Shown one piece after another: positions 16,335 to 24,107 of a stretch of DNA of 32,000 nucleotides. Position numbers and translations under genes: made by a program. Positions within the stretch are counted from its first letter, which is position 1. Each line of letters starts with the position of its first letter. Source of the stretch: Cupriavidus necator (GTDB taxonomy: Bacteria; Pseudomonadota; Gammaproteobacteria; Burkholderiales; Burkholderiaceae). Location of the stretch: positions 2,580,001 through 2,612,000 of the forward strand of contig NZ_CP066019.1 of the NCBI RefSeq assembly GCF_016127575.1, in the 5' to 3' direction. The notes under the pieces were generated by a model, which was not told the DNA's origin, made no database searches, and saw nothing but the letters and a program-made list of their open reading frames with translations.

Positions 16335-17375
16335 CGGCAACCGCCGCGGCATGACCCCGCGCACATCGCCCCGCATCCCGTGTATGCTGGCCCTGACTTC
16401 CCCATTCAGGCACCGGCCTTGTCCAGCTTTACCGACCCCGCCGCCGGCCGCTCTGCGCAGCCACGACGCGGCCCGCTGAACCATCTCTCCACCAGGCTGC
16501 GTGAGCGCGCCGGCGCGCACGTGCGCGCGCTGACCCGCAGCAATTCCGGCGTGACCCTCGACTACGACAACCCGCCGGGCGATCCCGGTCTGTTCGGGCC
16601 CGACGCGGTCTGCTGGCGCGTGCATGCCGACTTTCCGGCAATGCTCGCGGGCGGCGTCAGTGCGCTGCTGCTGCAGACACTGCATCCACTGGCACTGGCC
16701 GGGGTCTGGGACCACTCCAGCTTTCGCACCGACATGCAGGGGCGCCTGGGGCGCACCGCGCAGTTCATCGCCGGCACCACCTACGGCAGCCGTGCCGATG
16801 CCATGGCGCTGATCGGGCGCGTACGGCGCATCCATGCCGGCGTGGTCGGCGTGGCCCCGGACGGGCGGCACTATGCCGCCTCCGACCCGGCGTTGCTGAC
16901 GTGGGTGCACGTGGCCGAGGTCTCAAGCTTCCTGGCTGGCTACCTGCGCTATGTCGGACCACTGAGCGGCACCGAGCAGGATCGCTACTACGACGAGGTT
17001 GCGCGCATCGCCCAGATGCTGGGCGCGGCCGACGTGCCGCGCTCGCGCGCCGAAGTCACGGCCTACCTGGAGGCCATGCGGCCTGCGCTGCTGGCTAGCG
17101 AACGCACCAGCGAAGTGGTGCGGCTGGTGCGGAAGATGCCGGTGGCCAACCCGCTGCTGCAGCCGGCGGTGCGGATCATGGCCGACGCGGGCATCGCATT
17201 GCTGCCGCCGTGGGCACGGCAACAGCTCGATCTGGACGGCCCTTCGATACGGCGCCCGGCAGCACTCGCGGGCATGCATGTGCTGGCACCGACGCTGCGC
17301 TGGGTGCTGGGCGCCGGCCTGGCAGCGCGCGCACGGCGGCGCGTGGCCCGCGGCACCGCCACGACGGCAGGCTAA
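16332..17375 (+). CDS. MpaB/DUF2236-type oxygenase family protein (maximal ORF; the true start is probably internal)
   Basis: The block GLFGPDAVCWRVHADFPAMLAGGVSALLLQTLHPLALAGVWDHSSFRTDMQGRLGRTAQFIAGTTYGSRADAMALIGRVRRIHAGV is the pattern I associate with this family. The TTG at 16332 sits inside the T-run of the upstream terminator, so a downstream in-frame start (GTG 16380 or TTG 16419) is more plausible. Confidence 0.75.
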   Translation: MRQPPRHDPAHIAPHPVYAGPDFPIQAPALSSFTDPAAGRSAQPRRGPLNHLSTRLRERAGAHVRALTRSNSGVTLDYDNPPGDPGLFGPDAVCWRVHADFPAMLAGGVSALLLQTLHPLALAGVWDHSSFRTDMQGRLGRTAQFIAGTTYGSRADAMALIGRVRRIHAGVVGVAPDGRHYAASDPALLTWVHVAEVSSFLAGYLRYVGPLSGTEQDRYYDEVARIAQMLGAADVPRSRAEVTAYLEAMRPALLASERTSEVVRLVRKMPVANPLLQPAVRIMADAGIALLPPWARQQLDLDGPSIRRPAALAGMHVLAPTLRWVLGAGLAARARRRVARGTATTAG

Positions 17376-17435
17376 GGGCCGCGCCGGCTATCGGCGTTCA
17401 GCTGAACCTCTTGAACGGAAATGAGAATTGGCGGC

Positions 17436-17460
17436 AAAAATCCTCCCATTTCGGAGGATT
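17436..17460 (-). terminator. intrinsic terminator oriented for minus-strand transcription
   Basis: The minus strand reads AATCCTCC-gaaatg-GGAGGATT followed by TTTGCC. The T-run totals five when the stem end is included. No minus-strand CDS lies upstream of it. Confidence 0.5.
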
Positions 17461-17498
17461 GCGCGGCGCGAAAGTGGCGTTAAATCTGCTTGGGCAGT

Positions 17499-17519
17499 CC
17501 GAACGGCCGGTCGGTTTTT
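17499..17519 (+). terminator. weak plus-strand hairpin plus T5, possibly the terminator of the MpaB-family gene
   Basis: CCGAACGGCCGGTCGG is followed by TTTTTA, 124 nt after the stop at 17375. The stem is short and interrupted. Confidence 0.35.
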
Positions 17520-17570
17520 ACTAACCGCACCAGCCACAGCGCCACAGAGCGCGATTCAAACGACGCAGGC

Positions 17571-17607
17571 AAAAAAAGAAGCCTACGCGCGGGGTGCTCG
17601 TAGGCTT
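17571..17607 (-). terminator. strong intrinsic terminator oriented for minus-strand transcription (weaker on the plus strand)
   Basis: The minus strand reads AAGCCTACG-agcaccccgcg-CGTAGGCTT followed by CTTTTTTTG: a 9-bp stem and T7. On the plus strand only TTTTC follows the same stem. There is no annotated minus-strand gene between here and the Hfq-like gene. Confidence 0.6.
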
Positions 17608-18105
17608 TTCAGGACTGCTCGAGCTGAAAAGCTCTTGCCAAGAATATAAACGCGCTTACATGAGGTGTAAATCCCGTTTCTATCAGGGGATTCCCTTATG
17701 ACGATATGAGATTATTTGCGCACTTTTGATTGTTCTTAGCCCTGACGCTACATCAGGGCACTTTTCATATGGGCTGGCAATTTCATCGCGAGCCCGGTCC
17801 AACCGGCCTGTCGCCCCGCCGCCCTAGCCGCGGCATGCGGCAGCGCACAATGCTGTACAATATCACGGCCTCGAGAGCAACACATTTTATAGAGCGGCGA
17901 CTCTAGATCCGAATTGACACACGGTTCGTCAACGCTTGTAGAACTTTGTTACTCTCAGCCCTGAATTATTCCCCTTCTCTTCTGGCAGCGCCAACCGCCG
18001 GCACACGCGCCGTTACCGAGAGCGGATGTTTCTCGTGCCGCCCTGGCCGTGGCGCACCCCAAGCCATTAGCCGCCAGAACCCTTGCGGGCTCTTCCGGAG
18101 TCGTT

Positions 18106-18432
18106 GTGAAGAAGAAGGAAACCCGGCCCAAGTCACGCAGCCGGAGACAATTGCAACACCAGCAATTTGCGGCATACAGGACCAGCCAGGCCCCGGTGAT
18201 CGTCCACCTGGCCACCGGCGCCCGGCTGCAGGGCCTTGTCTTGGCGTCAGACGACTACGTGGTGCTGCTTGGCCGGCAGCCGGACGACATCCGGCCCACG
18301 GTGGTCTACAAGCGGGCGATCTGCCTGGTTACGCTGGCCAATGCGCCGGACGCGCCGGTGGTGGCGCCGGCTCCGGCGCCGGAGCCGGACTTCCTGCCGA
18401 TCTACATCCCCCGCACCAGCAAGCGCCGCTAG
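18106..18432 (+). CDS. Hfq-like (Sm-fold) protein with a basic N-terminus and a Pro/Ala-rich C-terminus
   Basis: ORF 18049..18432. Start preferred at GTG 18106 (GGAG 5 nt upstream), giving MKKKETRPKSRSRRQLQHQQFAAYRTSQAPVIVHLATGARLQGLVLASDDYVVLLGRQPDDIRPTVVYKRAICLVTL... This aligns by eye to E. coli Hfq [58 protein letters not shown]. The Sm1 (PV-x-I-x-L-x-x-G-x-x-LQG...D-x-x-V-x-LL) and Sm2 (VYK-x-AI) signatures are both kept. Third-position GC is high. Confidence 0.65.
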   Translation: MKKKETRPKSRSRRQLQHQQFAAYRTSQAPVIVHLATGARLQGLVLASDDYVVLLGRQPDDIRPTVVYKRAICLVTLANAPDAPVVAPAPAPEPDFLPIYIPRTSKRR

Positions 18433-18524
18433 GCCAACGCCCGCCCCACGCGCCTTCCTGCCCTGCCGCGCGGCGCCTCAGCCCGCCCTGCCGGTACCCC
18501 GCGAAACTATCGCGGAGATCACTC

Positions 18525-18551
18525 TAAACCTTTCTCTTGCCCGGTCGATAA
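18525..18551 (+). promoter_or_regulatory. sigma28 (FliA)-type promoter for fliC
   Basis: TAAA-cctttctcttgcccg-GTCGATAA matches TAAA-N15-GCCGATAA with exact 15-nt spacing. It lies about 97 nt upstream of the fliC ATG and downstream of the Hfq-like stop. Confidence 0.7.
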
Positions 18552-18647
18552 CCCAAGCAACGGAGGCACTCTACGCCCTGCAAAGCAGGCCGCCAACGTT
18601 ACGGCACTAGCCGGAATGCCCAAAACTTTGCATATAGGAGTCGTACC

Positions 18648-19955
18648 ATGGCGCAAGTCATTAACACCAATTCGTTGTCTCTGATGACTCAGAACAACAT
18701 GAACACGTCGCAATCGTCGCTGAACACGGCGATCCAGCGCCTGTCGTCGGGCCTGCGCATCAACAGCGCCAAGGACGACGCCGCCGGCCAGGCCATCGCC
18801 AACCGCTTTACCTCGAACATCCGCGGCCTGACGCAAGCCCAGCGCAACGCCAACGACGGCATCTCGCTGGCACAAACGACGGAAGGCGCGCTGACCGAAG
18901 TCAACAACAACCTGCAACGTATTCGTGAACTGTCGGTCCAGGCGGCCACGGGTTCGAACTCCTCGTCCGACCTGAAGTCGATTCAGGATGAAATCAACCA
19001 GCGCCTGTCTGAAATCGACCGTACGTCGCAACAGACCGACTTCAACGGCGTCAAGGTTCTGGCCGGCAGCAACAAGCTGTCCGTCCAGGTTGGCGCCAAC
19101 GACGGCGAGACCATCTCCATCGATCTGAAGCAGATCGACAGGACCACGCTGGGCCTGAGCGGCTTCTCGGTGGCCAAGAACTCGCTGGACGTCGGCCCGA
19201 AGATCACCACGATCAACGCTGCCGCTGGTACCGGTTCGTTCAACGTGAGCTTCGCTGCGGGCGACGTCACCAAGATCAACGCCGCAACCGGCAAGACCTT
19301 CGCCGCAGCGGACCTCGAACTGCACGAAGTCAAGACGGCTGCCGGCGCGAACTCTGGCCAGTTCGTCGTGAAGGCTGGTGACGACTACTTTGCTGCTTCG
19401 GTTGATCGTGCCACCGGCGCCGTGAAGCTCAACGAAGCTGATGTCGCATTCGACGACACCGCCAATGGCATCGCCGGCCCCGTCACTCTGCAAGACCAGG
19501 TAGTGCGTGTTGCCAACGATGCTGCAGGCGTAGCCACGGGCTACGTCACCGTCCAGGGCAAGAACTACGTCGCTGCCGGCACCCTGGCCGACGGCGGTGC
19601 CGCCGGCACCCTCAACGTGGCCGTTGGCACGATCTCCCTGAGCGGCGCCACCCCCACAGCCGAATTCACGGGCGTTCCCACCGGCAACGCACTGAAGAAG
19701 ATCGACGCCGCGCTGAAGCAAGTCGACGACCTGCGCAGCTCGCTGGGTGCCGTCCAGAACCGTTTTGACTCCGTCATCTCGAACCTGGGCACCACCGTGA
19801 CCAACCTGTCCTCGTCGCGCTCGCGCATCCAGGACGCCGACTACGCAACGGAAGTGTCGAACATGACCCGCGCGAACATCCTGCAACAGGCTGGTACGTC
19901 GGTCCTGGCGCAAGCCAACCAGACCACCCAAGGCGTGCTGTCGCTGCTGCGTTAA
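18648..19955 (+). CDS. fliC: flagellin
   Basis: The N-terminus is MAQVINTNSLSLMTQNNMNTSQSSLNTAIQRLSSGLRINSAKDDAAGQAIANRF and the C-terminus is LGAVQNRFDSVISNLGTTVTNLSSSRSRIQDADYATEVSNMTRANILQQAGTSVLAQANQTTQGVLSLLR. An AGGAG Shine-Dalgarno is present. Confidence 0.97.
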   Translation: MAQVINTNSLSLMTQNNMNTSQSSLNTAIQRLSSGLRINSAKDDAAGQAIANRFTSNIRGLTQAQRNANDGISLAQTTEGALTEVNNNLQRIRELSVQAATGSNSSSDLKSIQDEINQRLSEIDRTSQQTDFNGVKVLAGSNKLSVQVGANDGETISIDLKQIDRTTLGLSGFSVAKNSLDVGPKITTINAAAGTGSFNVSFAAGDVTKINAATGKTFAAADLELHEVKTAAGANSGQFVVKAGDDYFAASVDRATGAVKLNEADVAFDDTANGIAGPVTLQDQVVRVANDAAGVATGYVTVQGKNYVAAGTLADGGAAGTLNVAVGTISLSGATPTAEFTGVPTGNALKKIDAALKQVDDLRSSLGAVQNRFDSVISNLGTTVTNLSSSRSRIQDADYATEVSNMTRANILQQAGTSVLAQANQTTQGVLSLLR

Positions 19956-19977
19956 TCGCATCGGCGAATGGCGCAGG

Positions 19978-20006
19978 AAGGCTGGGCCGCAAGGCCCGGC
20001 CTTTTT
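19978..20006 (+). terminator. rho-independent terminator after fliC
   Basis: AAGGCTGGGCC-gcaa-GGCCCGGCCTT forms an 11-bp stem with one G-U pair, followed by a T-run (TTTTT including the stem end). Confidence 0.85.
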
Positions 20007-20092
20007 GCCCGAGGAGCATTTCGCAGGCAGCCCGACTGCCTGCAAAGCGTTTCTCCTGGAACTGAACCCTGCCAACCCGGACGGAGTATTCG

Positions 20093-20470
20093 ATGGCGCC
20101 TCCCCCGACAGTGAACCCCTTTACCGTGCGGATGCCAGCCGAAGGCTTAGCCGTTGCCATGCCATCTGGCGGCGCCACCACCATGGCCAGCCATGCTACG
20201 CAGCGACAGGATCGTGCCGTGGCCAGCGACCACACAGAAGCCGCACAGGGATTGGAAACCAGCGCCGCCATCGGCGAGCTGGTCGACGCGCTCAAGACCA
20301 CCACCATCGGCCTGCGCTTCGAGATCGACGATACCACGCACCGCGTCATCACCAAGGTGATCGACAAGGAAACCGGCGACCTGATCCGGCAGATGCCCAC
20401 CGAAGAGGTGCTGCGCATTGCCCGCGCCATCGACAAGCTGCAGGGGTTGTTCATCAACCACGCGGCCTGA
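20093..20470 (+). CDS. flaG: flagellar protein FlaG
   Basis: The C-terminal block LRFEIDDTTHRVITKVIDKETGDLIRQMPTEEVLRIARAIDKLQG is the FlaG family pattern. The gene sits between fliC and fliD. Confidence 0.85.
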   Translation: MAPPPTVNPFTVRMPAEGLAVAMPSGGATTMASHATQRQDRAVASDHTEAAQGLETSAAIGELVDALKTTTIGLRFEIDDTTHRVITKVIDKETGDLIRQMPTEEVLRIARAIDKLQGLFINHAA

Positions 20471-20503
20471 GCCCTGAATATCAGTTGAAGACGAGACAAT
20501 AAT

Positions 20504-21910
20504 ATGGCAACGATCTCCTCCATCGGCATCGGTTCCAACCTGCAACTGAGCGACCTGCTGGACCAGCTGCAGAAGGCCGAGCAGGCACCGCTTGACGCCA
20601 TCAATGCGCAGGCCAAGAGCTACCAGACCAAGTTGTCGGCCTACAGTCAGGTGCAGAGCGTGCTGGACGCCTACCAGGGCGCGGCGAAGAAGCTGTCCGA
20701 TGCTGCCACCTTCGGCGCAGTAAAGGCCAGCATCGGCACCACGGACGTGATGAACGTCACCACCGCTGCCAACGCCGTGCCTGGCAGCTACAGCATTACT
20801 GTCAACACGCTGGCCACCGCGCAGTCGCTGGTGAGCAGCAACGTTGCCGACCAGAAGGCCGCGATCGGTGGCGGCGAGCTCGTGTTCGACTTCGGCGAAG
20901 CGCTGGCCACCGGTGGCGCCGCCACTAGCACCAAGAAGGTCACCATCCCCGCGGATTCTTCGCTCGAAGGAATGCGCGATGCCATCAACAAGGCCAGCAT
21001 CGGCGTGACGGCCAGCATCGTCAATGACGGCAGCGCCAGCCCTTACCGCCTGGTATTGACGTCGGACAAGACCGGAACGCAAGCCACCATGCGGGTGTCG
21101 TCGACCGATGCGGCACTGAACAACGTGGTTGCGTTCGACCCGGCCGCGGCGCCCGCCGCCAACAAGATGGAACAGAAGGTGCCGCCTGCCAATGCGACGC
21201 TGACGATCAACGGCATCGACGTGGTCAGCCAGAGCAATTCAGTGGTGGACGCAGCGCAGGGCGTGACCATGAACCTTGTCAAGCCAGGCACGACATCGCT
21301 GGTGGTGACCCGCGACAACGTCGCAATCAAGGCCGCCGTCCAGGCTTTTGTCACCGCCTACAACAACATTCAGAGTTCCGCCAAGTCGCTGACGGCATTC
21401 GATACGAAGGCCGGTACGTCCGCGGCATTGACCGGCGACGGCACGCTGCGCTCGATCCAGTCCAGCCTGCGTTCAATGCTGGGCGGTGCCATGGATGACG
21501 GCAACGGCGGCACGATCACGCTGATCGACGTCGGCATCTCGTTCGACAAAGACGGCACGATGAAGCTGGACGACACCAAGCTGACCAAGGCGATAAACGA
21601 AGACCTGGGTGGCGTCACGTCCCTGTTTTCCAGCACCACCGGCGACGGAGGCATCGGCAAGCGCGCCAGCACCTATATCGAGGGCCTGAGCAAGACCGAT
21701 GGCGCGCTGAAGGTGGCTCAGGATGGCATCACCAAGACGCTGAAGGACCTGGAAGACGACTATGACCGCGTCCAGGACCGCGTTACTGCCACGGTGGCTC
21801 GATACAAGGCCCAGTTCACGCAACTGGACCTGGTGGTAGCGCAGATGAACCGTACCAGCAGCTACCTGACGCAACAGTTCAATGCGCTGAACAACAGCAC
21901 CAAGAAGTAA
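20504..21910 (+). CDS. fliD: flagellar filament capping protein FliD
   Basis: The N-terminus is MATISSIGIGSNLQLSDLLDQLQKAEQAPLDAINAQAKSYQTKLSAYSQV. The C-terminus is RYKAQFTQLDLVVAQMNRTSSYLTQQFNAL. Confidence 0.95.
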   Translation: MATISSIGIGSNLQLSDLLDQLQKAEQAPLDAINAQAKSYQTKLSAYSQVQSVLDAYQGAAKKLSDAATFGAVKASIGTTDVMNVTTAANAVPGSYSITVNTLATAQSLVSSNVADQKAAIGGGELVFDFGEALATGGAATSTKKVTIPADSSLEGMRDAINKASIGVTASIVNDGSASPYRLVLTSDKTGTQATMRVSSTDAALNNVVAFDPAAAPAANKMEQKVPPANATLTINGIDVVSQSNSVVDAAQGVTMNLVKPGTTSLVVTRDNVAIKAAVQAFVTAYNNIQSSAKSLTAFDTKAGTSAALTGDGTLRSIQSSLRSMLGGAMDDGNGGTITLIDVGISFDKDGTMKLDDTKLTKAINEDLGGVTSLFSSTTGDGGIGKRASTYIEGLSKTDGALKVAQDGITKTLKDLEDDYDRVQDRVTATVARYKAQFTQLDLVVAQMNRTSSYLTQQFNALNNSTKK

Positions 21911-21948
21911 CCGTCCCGCCGCACACCACAGCCTGAAGGAACCCAACC

Positions 21949-22368
21949 ATGTTCGCCCGCGCATCCGCCAACGCCTACGCCCAGGTCGGCGTCCAGACCG
22001 GCGCCATGAGCGCCAGCCCGCACAAGCTGATCGCCATGCTGTACGACGGCGCGCGCGCAGCCATTGCGCGGGCGAAGTTCCACCTGGAGGGCGGCAACGT
22101 CATCGAACGCGGCAACGCCATCTCCAAAGCCATCGACATCATCGATAACGGCCTGCGCGCCGTGCTTGACCATGAGGTTGGCGGCGAGATCTCCGCCAAC
22201 CTCGAATCCCTGTACGAATATATGGTGCGCCGGCTGATGCTGGCCAACCTGCGCAGCGACGCGGCCCTGCTGGCCGAAGTCGACACGCTGCTCGAAAGCC
22301 TGGCTTCGGCCTGGGCGCAGATCGACGACACGGCCGCGGATCGGCAACCCGCCTTACAGGACAACTGA
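21949..22368 (+). CDS. fliS: flagellin-specific chaperone FliS
   Basis: AYAQVGVQTGAMSASPHKLIAMLYDGARAAIARAKFHLEGGNVIERGNAISKAIDIIDNGLRAVLD is the typical FliS core. Confidence 0.95.
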   Translation: MFARASANAYAQVGVQTGAMSASPHKLIAMLYDGARAAIARAKFHLEGGNVIERGNAISKAIDIIDNGLRAVLDHEVGGEISANLESLYEYMVRRLMLANLRSDAALLAEVDTLLESLASAWAQIDDTAADRQPALQDN

Positions 22369-22369
22369 C

Positions 22370-22711
22370 ATGGCTTCCCTTCCCGAGTTTTTCCCGATCG
22401 TGGACTGCTACGAGGAAATCCTCGCGCTGTCCGCACGGATGCACGAGGCCGCCCAGGCGGCTGACTGGGACACCGTCACCGCGCTGCAGCAGGGCTACCT
22501 GGCCCTGGTGGACCGCCTGCGGCAGATGGACCACGAGGCACCGTTCTCCGATGCGGAACGCATGCGCCGCTACCAGTTGCTGGACCGCATCCTCACTTAC
22601 GATGCCCGCATCCGCGACCTGGCCATGCCGCAGCTGAAGAAGCTCGGCGACATGCTGACCAGCTCGCGCCGCCAGATCGAACTGTCCGCCGCCTACGGCG
22701 CCACCGCCTGA
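22370..22711 (+). CDS. fliT: flagellar chaperone FliT
   Basis: A small helical protein immediately after fliS (2-nt gap). The W-D-x-V-x-x-LQ-x-x-Y and RILTYDARIRDLAMPQL patterns and the gene position fit FliT. Confidence 0.8.
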   Translation: MASLPEFFPIVDCYEEILALSARMHEAAQAADWDTVTALQQGYLALVDRLRQMDHEAPFSDAERMRRYQLLDRILTYDARIRDLAMPQLKKLGDMLTSSRRQIELSAAYGATA

Positions 22712-22781
22712 CGCAGCCTGACCGCTGCGCTACTCCCCGCGGCGGGCCGGAAAGCCCGCCGTCTGCATTCACGCGACCCGT

Positions 22782-24107
22782 ATGACCGGCATCCATCTGC
22801 CTCCAGGCCTGGCACCCGGTCAGGCCCCGGACCCACAACCGCTGCGCACGGCGCTTGCCATCGACAAGCTGACGGCGCTGCAGCCCGTGCCCGAGGCCAC
22901 CGAGTCGAATGTCCAGAGCTCCACCGGCCAGGCGATCCGCCACAGCCAGCACGCCACCGGCCCCAACGCCTTGGCAGGCCAGGCTACCTTGCTGCCGGGC
23001 ACTTCGACGCAGGAATCGCTGAGCGCGGCGGCGCGGGCCATCCTGGCGGTGATGGACGGTACCGAGGCCCAGCCGGTGCGCAGCGCCGGCCCGCTGCTGG
23101 CCGCCGCGCCCACGCCAGCGTCGGCGCAGGCTGCGGCGTCGGCGCTTGCCAACACGGTCGGGCAGAGCGGCCTGTTCTACGAATCGCACCTTGCACAGTG
23201 GGTTGCCGGCGCACGCGCGTTGCCCGGCATCCGCCAGGAGCCGCAGGCGCAAGTACCGGTGCCGGCCCGGGCGGCTGCCCCAGGCGGCACTGCGCAGGCC
23301 GCCGCAACCACGCTGCCGTCTGCGCTGCTGACCTATACCGGCGGTGCCGCAGCGGCAGAGCCGGGGCGGCCCTCAGCGCCGCCGCTGATTCCGGCCTCGC
23401 AGGTGCTGGCTGAAGCGCTGGCCTCGGCCGGCAATCCGCGCGTGGCCCACAGCCATGCGGCGGCGGAACAGGCGCTGCGGCAAGGCGCCGCCACCACGGC
23501 GGCCTACAGCCGCGAAGCCGCTGCCGAACCGGGGGCCCAACGCCAGTCCGCCGCGGCGCTGGCCACGCAGGCCTACCAGAGCACCGCGGAGGCTGGCGCG
23601 CGCGCTGCAGCGCCGGACAGCCTCATCCCCCACGCGGCGCGCGCCGCCGCTGGCCTGCCGGACACCGCCTCGGCAGACGCCGGCAGGCAGGCCTCGGCAG
23701 CCGGCCCGGCCATCCATCCGGCAACCGAAGGCGTGGTCCGCCAGCAGCTGGAATTGCTCGCCACGCAGCAGTTCCGCTTTGCCGGCGAGGCGTGGCCCGG
23801 CGTGCCGATGGAGTGGGAGCTGCTGCGCCCCGATGCGGATGGCGCAGCGCAGGTCCATAACGACAACGCCCGGCCATGGTCCAGCCGCTTGCGGCTGGAA
23901 TTGCCGAGCCTCGGCATCGTCGAAGCGGTGCTGACACTGGGACCGGCGGGGCTCGACGCCCGCGTGGCAACGCCTGAGACCGATGTCGCGGCGCGTTTCA
24001 TCGCGGCACGGCCGCTGCTGCGCAACCAGCTCGAGGCGCAGGGCATCGTGCTGCAGCGCCTGAGCGTGCAGACCCAGGACAACATGACGGTAGGAGCGGC
24101 GCGATGA
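22782..24107 (+). CDS. FliK-like protein (Ala/Pro-rich N-terminal region + C-terminal Flg_hook-type domain), additional to the canonical fliK
   Basis: The C-terminus RLRLELPSLGIVEAVLTLGPAGLDARVATPETDVAARFIAARPLLRNQLEAQGIVLQRLSV parallels the canonical FliK block in this window (ELQLNPPDLGPLKVVLNVVNDQAQAQFVSPHQAVRAAVEAALPHLRTALSESGIQLGQTSV). It also carries an SGLFYESHLAQW motif. No convincing Shine-Dalgarno is visible, so the start is uncertain. Confidence 0.7.
   Translation: MTGIHLPPGLAPGQAPDPQPLRTALAIDKLTALQPVPEATESNVQSSTGQAIRHSQHATGPNALAGQATLLPGTSTQESLSAAARAILAVMDGTEAQPVRSAGPLLAAAPTPASAQAAASALANTVGQSGLFYESHLAQWVAGARALPGIRQEPQAQVPVPARAAAPGGTAQAAATTLPSALLTYTGGAAAAEPGRPSAPPLIPASQVLAEALASAGNPRVAHSHAAAEQALRQGAATTAAYSREAAAEPGAQRQSAAALATQAYQSTAEAGARAAAPDSLIPHAARAAAGLPDTASADAGRQASAAGPAIHPATEGVVRQQLELLATQQFRFAGEAWPGVPMEWELLRPDADGAAQVHNDNARPWSSRLRLELPSLGIVEAVLTLGPAGLDARVATPETDVAARFIAARPLLRNQLEAQGIVLQRLSVQTQDNMTVGAAR

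Noticed and set aside
16408-16423. A sigma54-like AGGCACCggccTTGTC upstream of or within the MpaB-family ORF. A similar weak TGGCAATttcaTCGC lies at 17775-17789 in the spacer.
   Set aside because: The first has GT instead of the conserved GC at -12. The second has three mismatches, including the T before GC, and lies about 300 nt from the nearest start. They are too weak to call without a PWM score.
17283-17298. TGGCACcgacgCTGC, and other GG-N10-GC matches inside coding regions (for example 26683-26697 in fliF).
   Set aside because: They lie inside well-supported CDSs with no downstream start codon to serve. They illustrate the background rate of partial matches, which is why only intergenic, correctly oriented hits were reported.
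17428-17649. A 73-aa plus-strand ORF inside the AT-rich spacer.
   Set aside because: It has no ribosome-binding site and runs straight through three terminator-like hairpins. Composition and codon pattern do not resemble the local genes.
22740-22761. The hairpin CGGCGGGC-cggaaa-GCCCGCCG between fliT and the FliK-like gene.
   Set aside because: No T-run follows, and the downstream gene appears to belong to the same operon. It may modulate read-through, but I cannot call it a terminator.
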